Assembly: GCA_042850255.1 (NCBI GenBank)
Contig: AP031373.1
Location: forward strand, 450,001 to 482,000
Direction: 5' to 3'
Source of the DNA: Nanobdellota archaeon
Lineage (GTDB): Archaea; Nanobdellota; Nanobdellia; Nanobdellales; Nanobdellaceae
DNA: 32,000 bases
Every line of letters begins with the position of its first letter. Position 1 is the first letter of the stretch. This document shows, in pieces, positions 9,166 to 19,266 of the stretch. The translations under genes and the position numbers were made by a program. The notes below the pieces were generated by a model. It had not been told where the DNA came from. It did no database searches and saw only the letters and a program-made list of their open reading frames with translations.

Positions 9166-9675
9166 CTATAAATATTTGAAATCAGAAATCTTTATTATTT
9201 CTCCATCTATCATATTAGATTCAACATATTTATCTATATAATCTTTTACTATAAATTTTGAGGATACAGAATACGCGCCTGTAAATATCCCGGCTGTCCC
9301 ATTTAAAATAAATGTAGATTTATAAGATTTATATCCTAAAAATTCTACTATTAACTTTTCGTTCTTTGCATTTATTTTTAATGTTTTATAAAGTAAAAAT
9401 GATCCTAAAAATGGGTAAATATTATTTCCATCTAAATATATTTCAAATTCTTTTAAACTTGATTTATTAATTAATGCTGATAAAAATATAGAAATATATG
9501 TAAATAAGGAATATGGATCGTATCTATATGTTAAATTTATATTCTTATTATAAAATTCCGGTAAGTAGTCAATTATACTTTGTATTAGTTTATTGTCTAT
9601 TCTTATTTTATTAAGTTCTCGATTATTATTTATATATTCAGAAAATATACTATAATAAGTATCTGCTATTGACAT
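9166..9675 (-). CDS. Hypothetical protein (169 aa) with weak resemblance to the central/GXGXG part of the 10911-11831 product
   Basis: LSALINKSSLKEFEIYLDGNNIYPFL vs ISSLINKLGYTQLVLQGSPFIPSL. LNGTAGIFTGAYSVSSKFIV resembles one GXGXG-type turn. It sits 1 nt from the downstream gene. Confidence 0.5.
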   Translation of the reverse strand: MSIADTYYSIFSEYINNNRELNKIRIDNKLIQSIIDYLPEFYNKNINLTYRYDPYSLFTYISIFLSALINKSSLKEFEIYLDGNNIYPFLGSFLLYKTLKINAKNEKLIVEFLGYKSYKSTFILNGTAGIFTGAYSVSSKFIVKDYIDKYVESNMIDGEIIKISDFKYL

Positions 9676-9926
9676 AATATCATAAAAATTTTCTTTACAC
9701 CCTTTTTCTTATTTTCATATATCCTAGTAAAGAAATTAATTATTCTACTAGATTCTTCTCTAATAAATTCTGTTAATATTTTATATATAATTTCTATTCT
9801 TTCTCTATCAATTTTTTCTTTTATATCTGTTTCCTTTTCTTCAAATCTTCTTAAGGATTTTATTATTTCATCTAAACCTTTACTTTCAGAAAATCCATCG
9901 GCAGTTATATCGGTCAAAATATTCAT
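9666..9926 (-). CDS. Small hypothetical helical protein (86 aa)
   Basis: ATG start, 10-nt overlap with the next ORF, K/E/I-rich. Confidence 0.45.
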   Translation of the reverse strand: MNILTDITADGFSESKGLDEIIKSLRRFEEKETDIKEKIDRERIEIIYKILTEFIREESSRIINFFTRIYENKKKGVKKIFMILCQ

Positions 9927-10020
9927 TATTTACCATAAGTTACACTACATTATGGGAAAATTTAAAAATCTTTTATAATATTGATTTTCTTTAAACAAAT
10001 ATTGTTAAATACATTTTATT

Positions 10021-10890
<870 letters not shown>

Positions 10891-10910
10891 TTCTTATATT
10901 TTTGATATAT

Positions 10911-11831
10911 TCATTTACCATATTTTTTACCATTTACTATTATTTCTCCTCCATATATATTTTTTAAACTACCTTCATCTACATTCCCATCAACTATAAT
11001 TTTTCCACCATATATATCATTTAAACTATTTTTTCCAATATTTCCTTTTACATATACTTTTCCACCTCCAATAGCATTAAAACACTCTTTTCCAGTATTA
11101 CCTATAAGTGTAACTGATCCTCCTTTCATATTCATAAATCCGTAATCTTTTATATCTCCATAAAATACTAAAATTCCCCCTTCTATTTCTAATCCTATAT
11201 AATTATCTCCATCTCCTTTATGAATTAATACACCTCCTCTTAGTCCATATCCATAACCAGGTCCTGCATATCCATAAGTTTCTACTTTCCTTCCCTTTTC
11301 AATTAGTGAAGGAATAAATGGGGAACCTTGTAGAACTAGTTGAGTATATCCTAATTTATTTATCAATGACGAAATTGAGACTCCTAGACTAACATGTATA
11401 GGATTTACACCATAATATAAAGATATATTTCTTAAAATTTCTATAGAATCTTTGCTTATATCTTCTACTTTTTCATCATAATTAGAATAAAAAATATTTA
11501 TTTTTGGTAATATATTTAATTCGAAATAATTAAAGAAATCTGATGAATTATTAGTATTTTTATATTCTATTAAATATCCTGGATATTCGGATTTTTTTAC
11601 TTTTTCATTTATTCTATCTATAATTATCTGTACTAATTTCTGATTTAAACTAATGTTTTTATTTTTTATATATTCAAATAACTTTGTACTTTGATATTCG
11701 AATAAAGATTTTAAGAAATATTTTATTGAATATGATATACCTTCTATATTTTCTGGCTGTTTATAATCTTTATAAAAAGACACCGAATTTTTATTAATAA
11801 AATATAATAGTTCATCTATATTATCCTCCAT
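10911..11831 (-). CDS. GXGXG-motif beta-helix protein (GltB domain-3 / FwdC-like C-terminal half) with an uncharacterised N-terminal half
   Basis: 306 aa. The C-terminal ~120 aa are repeated glycine turns: GGVLIHKGDGDNYIGLEIEGGILVFYGD..MKGGSVTLIGNTGKECFNAIGGGKVYVKGNIGKNSLNDIYGGKIIVDGNVDEGSLKNIYGGEIIVNG. Confidence 0.65.
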   Translation of the reverse strand: MEDNIDELLYFINKNSVSFYKDYKQPENIEGISYSIKYFLKSLFEYQSTKLFEYIKNKNISLNQKLVQIIIDRINEKVKKSEYPGYLIEYKNTNNSSDFFNYFELNILPKINIFYSNYDEKVEDISKDSIEILRNISLYYGVNPIHVSLGVSISSLINKLGYTQLVLQGSPFIPSLIEKGRKVETYGYAGPGYGYGLRGGVLIHKGDGDNYIGLEIEGGILVFYGDIKDYGFMNMKGGSVTLIGNTGKECFNAIGGGKVYVKGNIGKNSLNDIYGGKIIVDGNVDEGSLKNIYGGEIIVNGKKYGK

Positions 11832-12095
11832 AATAAAATATTATATAAACTAAGTTAATAAAAATATAATAATTAATCATGGTTGTGATATTAAAATTTT
11901 GTTATTTCTTACAAAACACTCATAATAAAATGACGGATAATCTGGGTTATACGACATAGATACCAGGGCATTGTATTATAATTGAGCTGGCCATTATTTT
12001 TAAGGATCTTGTAATATTTTTTATGTTATTTAGGTTAGGTTAATTTCTAGATATTTTTAGTAATTTTTTATAATTAGCATACAATAAATTAAAAA

Positions 12096-12539
12096 TTATA
12101 AAAACTTAATGCCAAAATTTTCAAATTTTTTATTCATTCCATTTTTATCTCCAGTTATTATAATAGGATGATATATATCGTTTATTTTGTACAATATAAC
12201 ATAAGTAGAAAAGTTTGATTCGTTTTTAAGATAATTATGGATATTTTTTGTTTGATTTAATCTATATATGTTTATATTATTTATATCTTTATCTTCTAAA
12301 TCCTTTATTTCTATTTCTTGCGAACTATAATTATTAAAAATATATTCTAAATCTTGAGGAAATAAATAAGATATAATTAAAACTAGAGAATCCTCAAGAA
12401 CTTCTAATTTATTATTTTCATATTTAACTAAACTTCCCTTTCCAAGAGTTAAATATATACTGCTATATCCTAAAGAAGATATATCTTTTATTATTTTATC
12501 CAGATTATTTTTATTAGTTTGATATAATAATCTAGACAA
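12096..12539 (-). CDS. Hypothetical ORF (147 aa, TTG start in track), probably the 3' part of a ~206-aa gene split at an A6 run
   Basis: The frame stays open upstream to the A-run at 12599-12604 and has no ATG start. See the partner ORF at 12563-12715. Confidence 0.45.
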   Translation of the reverse strand: MSRLLYQTNKNNLDKIIKDISSLGYSSIYLTLGKGSLVKYENNKLEVLEDSLVLIISYLFPQDLEYIFNNYSSQEIEIKDLEDKDINNINIYRLNQTKNIHNYLKNESNFSTYVILYKINDIYHPIIITGDKNGMNKKFENFGIKFL

Positions 12540-12562
12540 AATATTATAATCATTTACAAAAA

Positions 12563-12715
12563 CTATATTATATGTAGAATAATCATTGTTTTCTTTAATT
12601 TTTTAATATTAGATATTCCTAGAAAAGTTAATTGTTTTTTTCTTATATTTTCAAATATTTCATACTCTAAATCTTTATCTGAATCGAAGAATCCTGTCCA
12701 TATGCCACCACCCAT
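12563..12715 (-). CDS. 50-aa ORF (MGGGIWTGFFDSDKDLEYEIFENIRKKQLTFLGISNIKKLKK..), probable 5' part of the split gene
   Basis: My own translation, with ATG at 12713-12715. Adding a single A to the A6 run would read ..GISNIKKIKENNDYSTYNIVFVNDYNILSRLLYQ.. straight into ORF 12096-12539. Confidence 0.35.
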   Translation of the reverse strand: MGGGIWTGFFDSDKDLEYEIFENIRKKQLTFLGISNIKKLKKTMIILHII

Positions 12716-12760
12716 ATGCTACTATTTAGTAGAAAAATTTAATAATATAGAATAAAGATG

Positions 12761-13732
12761 CTATTTAGATTTCTTAGGTTTTCTTTCAATGAATGCTAAA
12801 TAATTATTACTTACATTTTTTAATCCCCCATATTTTATATAAGGTTCTATTGGTATTAAAAATTCTGTTACTCTTCTACTCTTTTTATATGCTGCTAAAA
12901 TAAATGCTGGAGTATATATAACATGTCCATTAATTTCAATTTTATAACTAACCATTAATAAATAATGACCAAATTCTAAACCTCTCTCTAAAACATAAAA
13001 GCTATTTTCTGAAATATCACATAGAGTATCTTTAGATATTGCAAAAACTCTAATGTAATAAAAATTGTTCCTATATCTGTTATCGATTCTGCTATTATTT
13101 TTAAGAGTATCCTCTATATAGGCAAAAATATTTTTATCATCTTTAAAATTATGAACATGGTGTTTATATACTAAATTTGGATTTAATACAACAGGATTAT
13201 TTAGATAATAATAAGCAGCAGGTCTTATTGATACTCCATCTGCTATTTGTAGATTATTTACTTCAATTCCTTTAATATTATATCCTATATGAGATTCTTC
13301 TTCAGGTAATTTATATAATTTTGTATATTTTCCTAAATATTTTCTAAATTCTGCAGGAGAATATGTACTATAATGTATATACACTTTTGCTAATGCAGAA
13401 TTATTATCTTTATCTCTTATAAGATCTACTGATATTTTTTCATCTAATATAAGTTTAGAAAATTTTGAATCTTCTAATAATTTTTCTAATAATCTTTTTG
13501 AATTTATATAAAAAACTATACCATAATTATTTAGCATACTTTCAAGTGAAGATTTGGATATTAATCTCAATATATAAGATTCAGAATTATCATAAGAATT
13601 TGAATATACATTATATTGAATTTCAATATCATATTTTTTCATATTTTTTACAAAGTTATCATTTACTTTCTTTTCTGGATCTTCATAAAAATTCATTAAA
13701 GCATTTTGTATTTTCTTATATAAATTATTCAT
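12761..13732 (-). CDS. Hypothetical protein (323 aa), large paralogue B of the operon
   Basis: Long ORF 22 nt downstream of the previous gene. It shares blocks with 13755-14759 and 7428-8357. No catalytic motif recognised. Confidence 0.65.
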   Translation of the reverse strand: MNNLYKKIQNALMNFYEDPEKKVNDNFVKNMKKYDIEIQYNVYSNSYDNSESYILRLISKSSLESMLNNYGIVFYINSKRLLEKLLEDSKFSKLILDEKISVDLIRDKDNNSALAKVYIHYSTYSPAEFRKYLGKYTKLYKLPEEESHIGYNIKGIEVNNLQIADGVSIRPAAYYYLNNPVVLNPNLVYKHHVHNFKDDKNIFAYIEDTLKNNSRIDNRYRNNFYYIRVFAISKDTLCDISENSFYVLERGLEFGHYLLMVSYKIEINGHVIYTPAFILAAYKKSRRVTEFLIPIEPYIKYGGLKNVSNNYLAFIERKPKKSK

Positions 13733-13754
13733 TTAATATAATTTTAATTTAAAT

Positions 13755-14759
13755 TTATAAAATACTATACCACTTATCTGTAAATATTTCTATCGGATTA
13801 CCTACTATATCTGATTTATCTATTTCTATTTCTAATCTTTTACATACTGGAGCTAAAACTTTTATATTTAAAAACTTGTTATTTATTATCTCTGCATTTT
13901 TTATTATTGCAGGTAATTTATATTTTTCATTTATACAATTTATATCATCTATTTTATTGGTAAGATCTACGTATGTAATTAATATTTCTTTTATTTTATC
14001 ATTTAAATTATAATATCCATAATTTTTTCTTACTATATCATATAATCCTTTTGATGAAACTCCTAAAACTCTTTTTTCATATTTTCCATAAATACTACTA
14101 TTATATATTTTTTCTATTTCTTCATCTAATTTTTTAAATTCGTATTTTTCAGATTCTATATTTTCTTTATCTAATAATGGAGAAAATATAGAATGTATAC
14201 CTTCTGATAATTTTATAAAACTCATATCCGATATATTATTTACATTTACTTTTTCTTCATTTATTTTTCTTTCCTTAATATATTTTTTTAATGGTAAAAT
14301 AGTAGATTCTGGGGTATAAACTCTATTTTTTTCATAATCATAAATATATGGAGCTAATATAATTATATTTCCCTTAATAGTATTATTTTTATATATGTCT
14401 ATATCTATTTTTAAACCATTTATACCATTTATTATTCTATAAGCCATATATACAGTTGGGTATCCTATTATGAAATCTTTTAATTGATTATAATTTCCTA
14501 TTATTTTAAATCCATAATTATTTTCTACATCTTTTCTAAAACTATCAGAAATTATATATAATTCTACATGTTTTATATTATTGGATAAGTCATTATCTAC
14601 TTTTATGTTAAAAATTATATTAGAATTATCATTTCCTGGAATTTCATAATATAGTTCCTCATTATCTTTTATATCATCATATTTTATATTATAAATGATA
14701 TTCAAAATTTCTTTTATAGATCCTTCTAAATTATTTTTATCTATTATATTATCAAACAT
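13755..14759 (-). CDS. Hypothetical protein (334 aa), large paralogue A of the operon
   Basis: Long ORF. NNYGFKIIGNYNQLKDFII vs NNYGIVFYINSKRLLEKLL, and NVNNIS vs EVNNLQ, in the neighbouring gene. Confidence 0.65.
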   Translation of the reverse strand: MFDNIIDKNNLEGSIKEILNIIYNIKYDDIKDNEELYYEIPGNDNSNIIFNIKVDNDLSNNIKHVELYIISDSFRKDVENNYGFKIIGNYNQLKDFIIGYPTVYMAYRIINGINGLKIDIDIYKNNTIKGNIIILAPYIYDYEKNRVYTPESTILPLKKYIKERKINEEKVNVNNISDMSFIKLSEGIHSIFSPLLDKENIESEKYEFKKLDEEIEKIYNSSIYGKYEKRVLGVSSKGLYDIVRKNYGYYNLNDKIKEILITYVDLTNKIDDINCINEKYKLPAIIKNAEIINNKFLNIKVLAPVCKRLEIEIDKSDIVGNPIEIFTDKWYSIL

Positions 14760-14805
14760 TATAATTAATATTTATATTAAATCTATTTAAACCTATTTTC
14801 ATAAA

Positions 14806-15255
14806 TTATAAGTAATATGATTTATCTTTGGATTCTGAATATAATTCATAGAGTATTTTATTTATTAATTCTTCATATTTTTTCAATAGATCTTTAAATT
14901 TATTATATAATTCCTCATATTCTTTTTCTTTATCTTGTAATAAATAAGAAAGTAAAAGATTAATATAATAATCATATTTTTGATTTAATTTTTTAATTTC
15001 ATTTGAATATTTATTTCCTTTACTACTTTTTCCCAATCTTACTAATTTAATAAATAATTTTTCACCTTCATATAATCTCTCTAACTTTTCACCTATCTCT
15101 TTTATTTTTTCTAAATTGTTTTCTTTTGTTAAATAATCTAGATATTCAAATATGCTATTAGAGTTTAAACCCCAATACATTAAATAAAAATACATTTTGT
15201 ATAAATTATTTTTTATCAAAAATTCCCTAATTTTTATTATATCTTTATAGTTCAT
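14806..15255 (-). CDS. Small helical hypothetical protein (149 aa), small paralogue B
   Basis: K/E/L/Y-rich with no His or Cys. Its start overlaps the stop of the upstream gene by 4 nt (15252-15255). Confidence 0.6.
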   Translation of the reverse strand: MNYKDIIKIREFLIKNNLYKMYFYLMYWGLNSNSIFEYLDYLTKENNLEKIKEIGEKLERLYEGEKLFIKLVRLGKSSKGNKYSNEIKKLNQKYDYYINLLLSYLLQDKEKEYEELYNKFKDLLKKYEELINKILYELYSESKDKSYYL

Positions 15256-15695
15256 GTACTTAATATTTCTTCTAACAATTCTCTAGCCTCTTTTCCTAAT
15301 TTTTTTATTTCATTAATCTTTTCATCAATATTTTCTTTATTATCTAATATATCGAAAATTATTTCAAGAAATCTTATATCTATTAGGATTGAAATATCTC
15401 TTAATTTATCTATTTTTTCTTTATTCAAATTTGTAGAATATAATTGATTTATTACGTTTATTATAAACTTATTTATTACTATTTCGTCAATAAAATTAAA
15501 AAATTTTTCAAATATTTCAGATTTTCCAGTTTCTTTTAAATATAATAACAAATCATCTATATCATTTTCAAATAAATTTGTGATATAAATTATTTTTTGA
15601 ATATCTTCTTTTTTAATTTCATAGTCCTTTATTTTATTTTTTAAGTATCCTCTAAATTTTCTAAATTCCCTTACATTAGCAAATCTAAAAACCAT
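15252..15695 (-). CDS. Small helical hypothetical protein (147 aa), small paralogue A, first gene of the operon
   Basis: VREFRKFRGYL and LLLYLKETGKSE match IREFLIKNNLY and LDYLTKENNLE in the next gene. It contains no histidine. Confidence 0.6.
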   Translation of the reverse strand: MVFRFANVREFRKFRGYLKNKIKDYEIKKEDIQKIIYITNLFENDIDDLLLYLKETGKSEIFEKFFNFIDEIVINKFIINVINQLYSTNLNKEKIDKLRDISILIDIRFLEIIFDILDNKENIDEKINEIKKLGKEARELLEEILST

Positions 15696-15790
15696 AAATT
15701 AATAATTAAAATATTAATAATATAAATTTTATTAGATTCAGGAAAAATGCAAAATAATAAATTATAAAAATTTATTGTAAAACTATTAGT

Positions 15791-17191
15791 ATGATATTAT
15801 TCATAATTACTTACATAATAAAATTTTTAATATTTTTTTATCCATTATTGTTCTATATTTATCATTTATTTTTATATAATGCCTCTAAAAGTTCTAAAGG
15901 TGAAAATGATACAGAAATAAAGGATTATCCATATTTATCAATAATTGTTCCTATAAAAGGAGAAAAAATAGAAATTATAAAAGATTTAATAGATAATATA
16001 TCAAAATTAAGATGGGATAAGGAAAAATTAGAAATAATTATAGTATCTGATGATAGCGAAGAATATTTTAATGAAATAAAAAGAAGTATAAAAATTCCAG
16101 ATAATTTAAAGGTTTATTTATATAGAAGGGAAGAAAAGTTGGGATATAAAAGTGGAGCTTTATTATATGGATATAGAAAATCAAGGGGAGATTTAATATT
16201 AACTATTGATGTAGATTCAAGATTACCTGAAGATTCTATTGTAAAATTATATTCTAAAATGGTAAAAAATAATTGTGATGTTATAACATTAAGATGGATT
16301 GGTTATTCTCAAAATAATAGATCTTCTATTGCTAAAGGATTAATAGTGTTAACATCATTTTTCAGTAAAATATTTTTTGAAGGTAAAGAAAAGGCAGGTT
16401 TATTAGTTCTACCTATTGGCAGTGGTACATTGTTTAAAAGAGAAGCTTTAGATGATGTAGGAGGATGGGATTATAAGTTAATTCAGGATGATCTAGAAAT
16501 TGGAACAAGATTAATATATAAAAATAAGAAAATATGCGCATCAGATATTCCTATATATGTTGAAGTACCGGATAATTTTTTCTCTTTTTATGTTCAGCAA
16601 ACTAGATGGTCTATGGGAACTGGGGAAGTTTTTAGAAATAGATTAAAATATATAATAAAATCTAAAATAAGTTTTTATAAAAAATTAGATTTAATATTCT
16701 ATTTATTTCAATATACGCCAATCCTTTTTATATTTATATCCTCTATATTACTAGTAATATTAATTCCTTTTATTAATTATGATCCATTAATGATTCATAT
16801 TCCTTTATTTATAATTATAATAATTCTTTATGGAATAATTGGTATTATATATATTAAAGGAATATATAAAATTGCTAAAGAATTGAATTTAGATATAATT
16901 GATATTTTATTCTCCTTAAGTAGAATTTCTGCATTTACATTATCAATATCTCCTTTTATATCTTATTATTTCTTAAAAGGATTAATAAGTAATAAAAAAG
17001 TATATATAGTTACTCCAAAAGGTGGAAATAAAATAAAAAATAGTTATAATATATTAATTATAGGAGTTTTTGGATTAATATTTTTAATTTCTTCTATAAT
17101 ATATTTTTTGCATCAATATTATTTTTCTTCTCTATGGTTATTTTACTATTCAATAAATTTTATATATACTAATATTACATTTAATAAATAG
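15791..17191 (+). CDS. Membrane-integrated family-2 glycosyltransferase, processive synthase type
   Basis: 466 aa. N-terminal TM segment, LSIIVPIKGE, IIVSDDS, TIDVDS (DxD) and QQTRWSMG (QxxRW), followed by 4-5 C-terminal TM segments. Confidence 0.85.
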   Translation: MILFIITYIIKFLIFFYPLLFYIYHLFLYNASKSSKGENDTEIKDYPYLSIIVPIKGEKIEIIKDLIDNISKLRWDKEKLEIIIVSDDSEEYFNEIKRSIKIPDNLKVYLYRREEKLGYKSGALLYGYRKSRGDLILTIDVDSRLPEDSIVKLYSKMVKNNCDVITLRWIGYSQNNRSSIAKGLIVLTSFFSKIFFEGKEKAGLLVLPIGSGTLFKREALDDVGGWDYKLIQDDLEIGTRLIYKNKKICASDIPIYVEVPDNFFSFYVQQTRWSMGTGEVFRNRLKYIIKSKISFYKKLDLIFYLFQYTPILFIFISSILLVILIPFINYDPLMIHIPLFIIIIILYGIIGIIYIKGIYKIAKELNLDIIDILFSLSRISAFTLSISPFISYYFLKGLISNKKVYIVTPKGGNKIKNSYNILIIGVFGLIFLISSIIYFLHQYYFSSLWLFYYSINFIYTNITFNK

Positions 17192-17255
17192 ATTATGCCT
17201 ACCAAGTAATTAGAGTTAAGAAAATATTTATAAACTATATATTTAAAATATTCTT

Positions 17256-17639
17256 ATGGCAACTTACTTACTATACTTAGTAATATCCTTTACCTCATTA
17301 ATCATTAGTATAGTAACTTTGACTATAGTATTGGCAAAATTATATAATAAGAAATATTTAACAATACCAGTATTAATATTATTATTTATAATTGGAGAAA
17401 TATTTTTAACTTTTGGATTTAATTTATTATTCTATTCGATATTCTTAATATTTTTAATATCTATACTTTTGATATTATTTTACTTTGGAATAATCAGTTT
17501 AGAAGTATTGATAATATTAGTTGCCATATCATTATTTTCTTATATTATAGTTTATCTATATTTTACTTCAGCAATTCCATTATATAGTGTATCATATAGT
17601 CAACTAGTTCCTGTAATATCTACAACACCAATTTATTAA
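17256..17639 (+). CDS. Small polytopic membrane protein (127 aa, ~4 TM)
   Basis: Almost entirely hydrophobic. It ends 1 nt before the next GT2 gene. Confidence 0.6.
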   Translation: MATYLLYLVISFTSLIISIVTLTIVLAKLYNKKYLTIPVLILLFIIGEIFLTFGFNLLFYSIFLIFLISILLILFYFGIISLEVLIILVAISLFSYIIVYLYFTSAIPLYSVSYSQLVPVISTTPIY

Positions 17640-17640
17640 G

Positions 17641-19266
17641 ATGTCTTTAATTTTTATTTCTGCTTTATTATTACTATTGGATATATTTATCTTATCTGTT
17701 TTCGATTTGAGGTATTTAATAAACTTTGATAGAAAATTAAAAATACCAAAATATAAAGATTTAGAAAGAAATATTACTCTATTTATATTATTTCCAGTAA
17801 AAAATGAAGAACAGGAAGTTTTAATTAAAAAAATAGAATATTTGGAAAAAATAGAAAATAAATATAATAAATTAAAATTATATTTTGCATTTATAGATGA
17901 TACAGATATAAATAAAGAAGAATTGATGATAAAATATTTAAGATCTAAAGGAGCTAAAGAGTATATAGAAGATAATTTTTATATATTTGATTTAGATAAA
18001 ATAAAATATTTATTTAGATTAAATGGGATAAAAAGAAAAGGGGCAGCTTTAGATGATACAATAGATTATTTAGTAAAAAAATATAATATAGAATATGTAT
18101 CAATATATGATTTTGAATGGACCATTAATGTAGATTATTTATATAAAGCTTTATGTATATTAGAATCAAATAAAGATTTATCTTTTGTATATTGGAATAG
18201 AAGAACAGTATCTGTAGATTATTTCCATAAAATAGTTGGTATCTATGTAGATACATTCTTTGAATTCTATTTACCAATGAAGAATTTATTAGATGATATT
18301 TCAATGGCTCATGGATCCTGTGGAATATTAAGGATAGAAGATTATAATAAAGTTGGGAAATTTACACCCCATCTTACAGAAGATGCTTCTTTAACTTTAA
18401 GATTATATTTAAATGGATATAGAGGATTATATATAAGGGATTGGGTAGAATATGGACAAAATTTACCACCTAATTTTAATATGACTTTAAAAACATTAAG
18501 AAGATGGCAATCTGGAACATTTGATGTTATTTTTTCTAATTTTTGGAAGATAATTAAGAATAAAAAATTAAATTTAAAGCAAAAAATAAGCTTTATTCAT
18601 ATGTTTTCATCAGTATTTTTACCAATAGTATCATTTATATTAATATCTATAAGTTTAATTATAATAATATTTAATATTTCATCATCATTATATCCTTATA
18701 TATCTATCTTCTTTTATTTTTCTCAAATTTATATTATTTCAATATTTATTTCAGAATATTATTTAGTGGAAAAAAGAATATATAGTAAAGGATATATAAA
18801 AGACGCATTTTTAACATTATTATTAGGTTGGGGAATTTCTGCTCTAACAATAATATATTATCTAAGAAGAATATTTTTAGGATTAGATAATAAATGGATA
18901 GTAACTAAAAAATTGATTAGAAGATATAATTATGATTTATATTCTATTATTGTTTTTTCCATATTTCTAATGATAAATCTATATTTTGTTTATTATTCTT
19001 GGAGTTCTTTAATTAAATATTTTAAATATATAGGTATATATCAGTTTTTGTTATCATTAATATTAGGAAATTTATCTACTTATATCTGGATTATTTCTTT
19101 GATATTTATATTTTACTTGCAGTATAGAAGTTATCATATGAAGGAAAGAGATTTGAATAATTTATTGTATCTAGGTATTTCTGATGGAGAATCTTATAAT
19201 AAAACAAAAATAATTATTAAAAATGATAGAGTGGGTAGAAATAAGGAATCATTATATGAAACCTGA
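17641..19266 (+). CDS. Second membrane GT2-like synthase with divergent catalytic motifs
   Basis: 541 aa. LFILFPVKNEEQEV, FIDDTD, IYDFEW in place of DxD, LTEDASLTL (TED-like) and LRRWQSGT (xRW), followed by multiple C-terminal TM segments. Confidence 0.75.
   Translation: MSLIFISALLLLLDIFILSVFDLRYLINFDRKLKIPKYKDLERNITLFILFPVKNEEQEVLIKKIEYLEKIENKYNKLKLYFAFIDDTDINKEELMIKYLRSKGAKEYIEDNFYIFDLDKIKYLFRLNGIKRKGAALDDTIDYLVKKYNIEYVSIYDFEWTINVDYLYKALCILESNKDLSFVYWNRRTVSVDYFHKIVGIYVDTFFEFYLPMKNLLDDISMAHGSCGILRIEDYNKVGKFTPHLTEDASLTLRLYLNGYRGLYIRDWVEYGQNLPPNFNMTLKTLRRWQSGTFDVIFSNFWKIIKNKKLNLKQKISFIHMFSSVFLPIVSFILISISLIIIIFNISSSLYPYISIFFYFSQIYIISIFISEYYLVEKRIYSKGYIKDAFLTLLLGWGISALTIIYYLRRIFLGLDNKWIVTKKLIRRYNYDLYSIIVFSIFLMINLYFVYYSWSSLIKYFKYIGIYQFLLSLILGNLSTYIWIISLIFIFYLQYRSYHMKERDLNNLLYLGISDGESYNKTKIIIKNDRVGRNKESLYET

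Noticed and set aside
13465-13752. 95-aa plus-strand ORF from the track
   Set aside because: It is antisense to the 323-aa operon gene. Its I/L/F/Y-rich product is typical of the shadow frame of AT-rich coding DNA.
12761-15695. The operon as a CRISPR effector (small-subunit-like helical proteins plus RAMP-like large proteins) or as a provirus capsid module (two paired small helical proteins as in filamentous archaeal viruses)
   Set aside because: The window has no CRISPR array, cas1/cas2/cas3/cas10, RAMP glycine loops, integrase, att-like repeats or packaging ATPase. Both ideas stay as untested hypotheses only.
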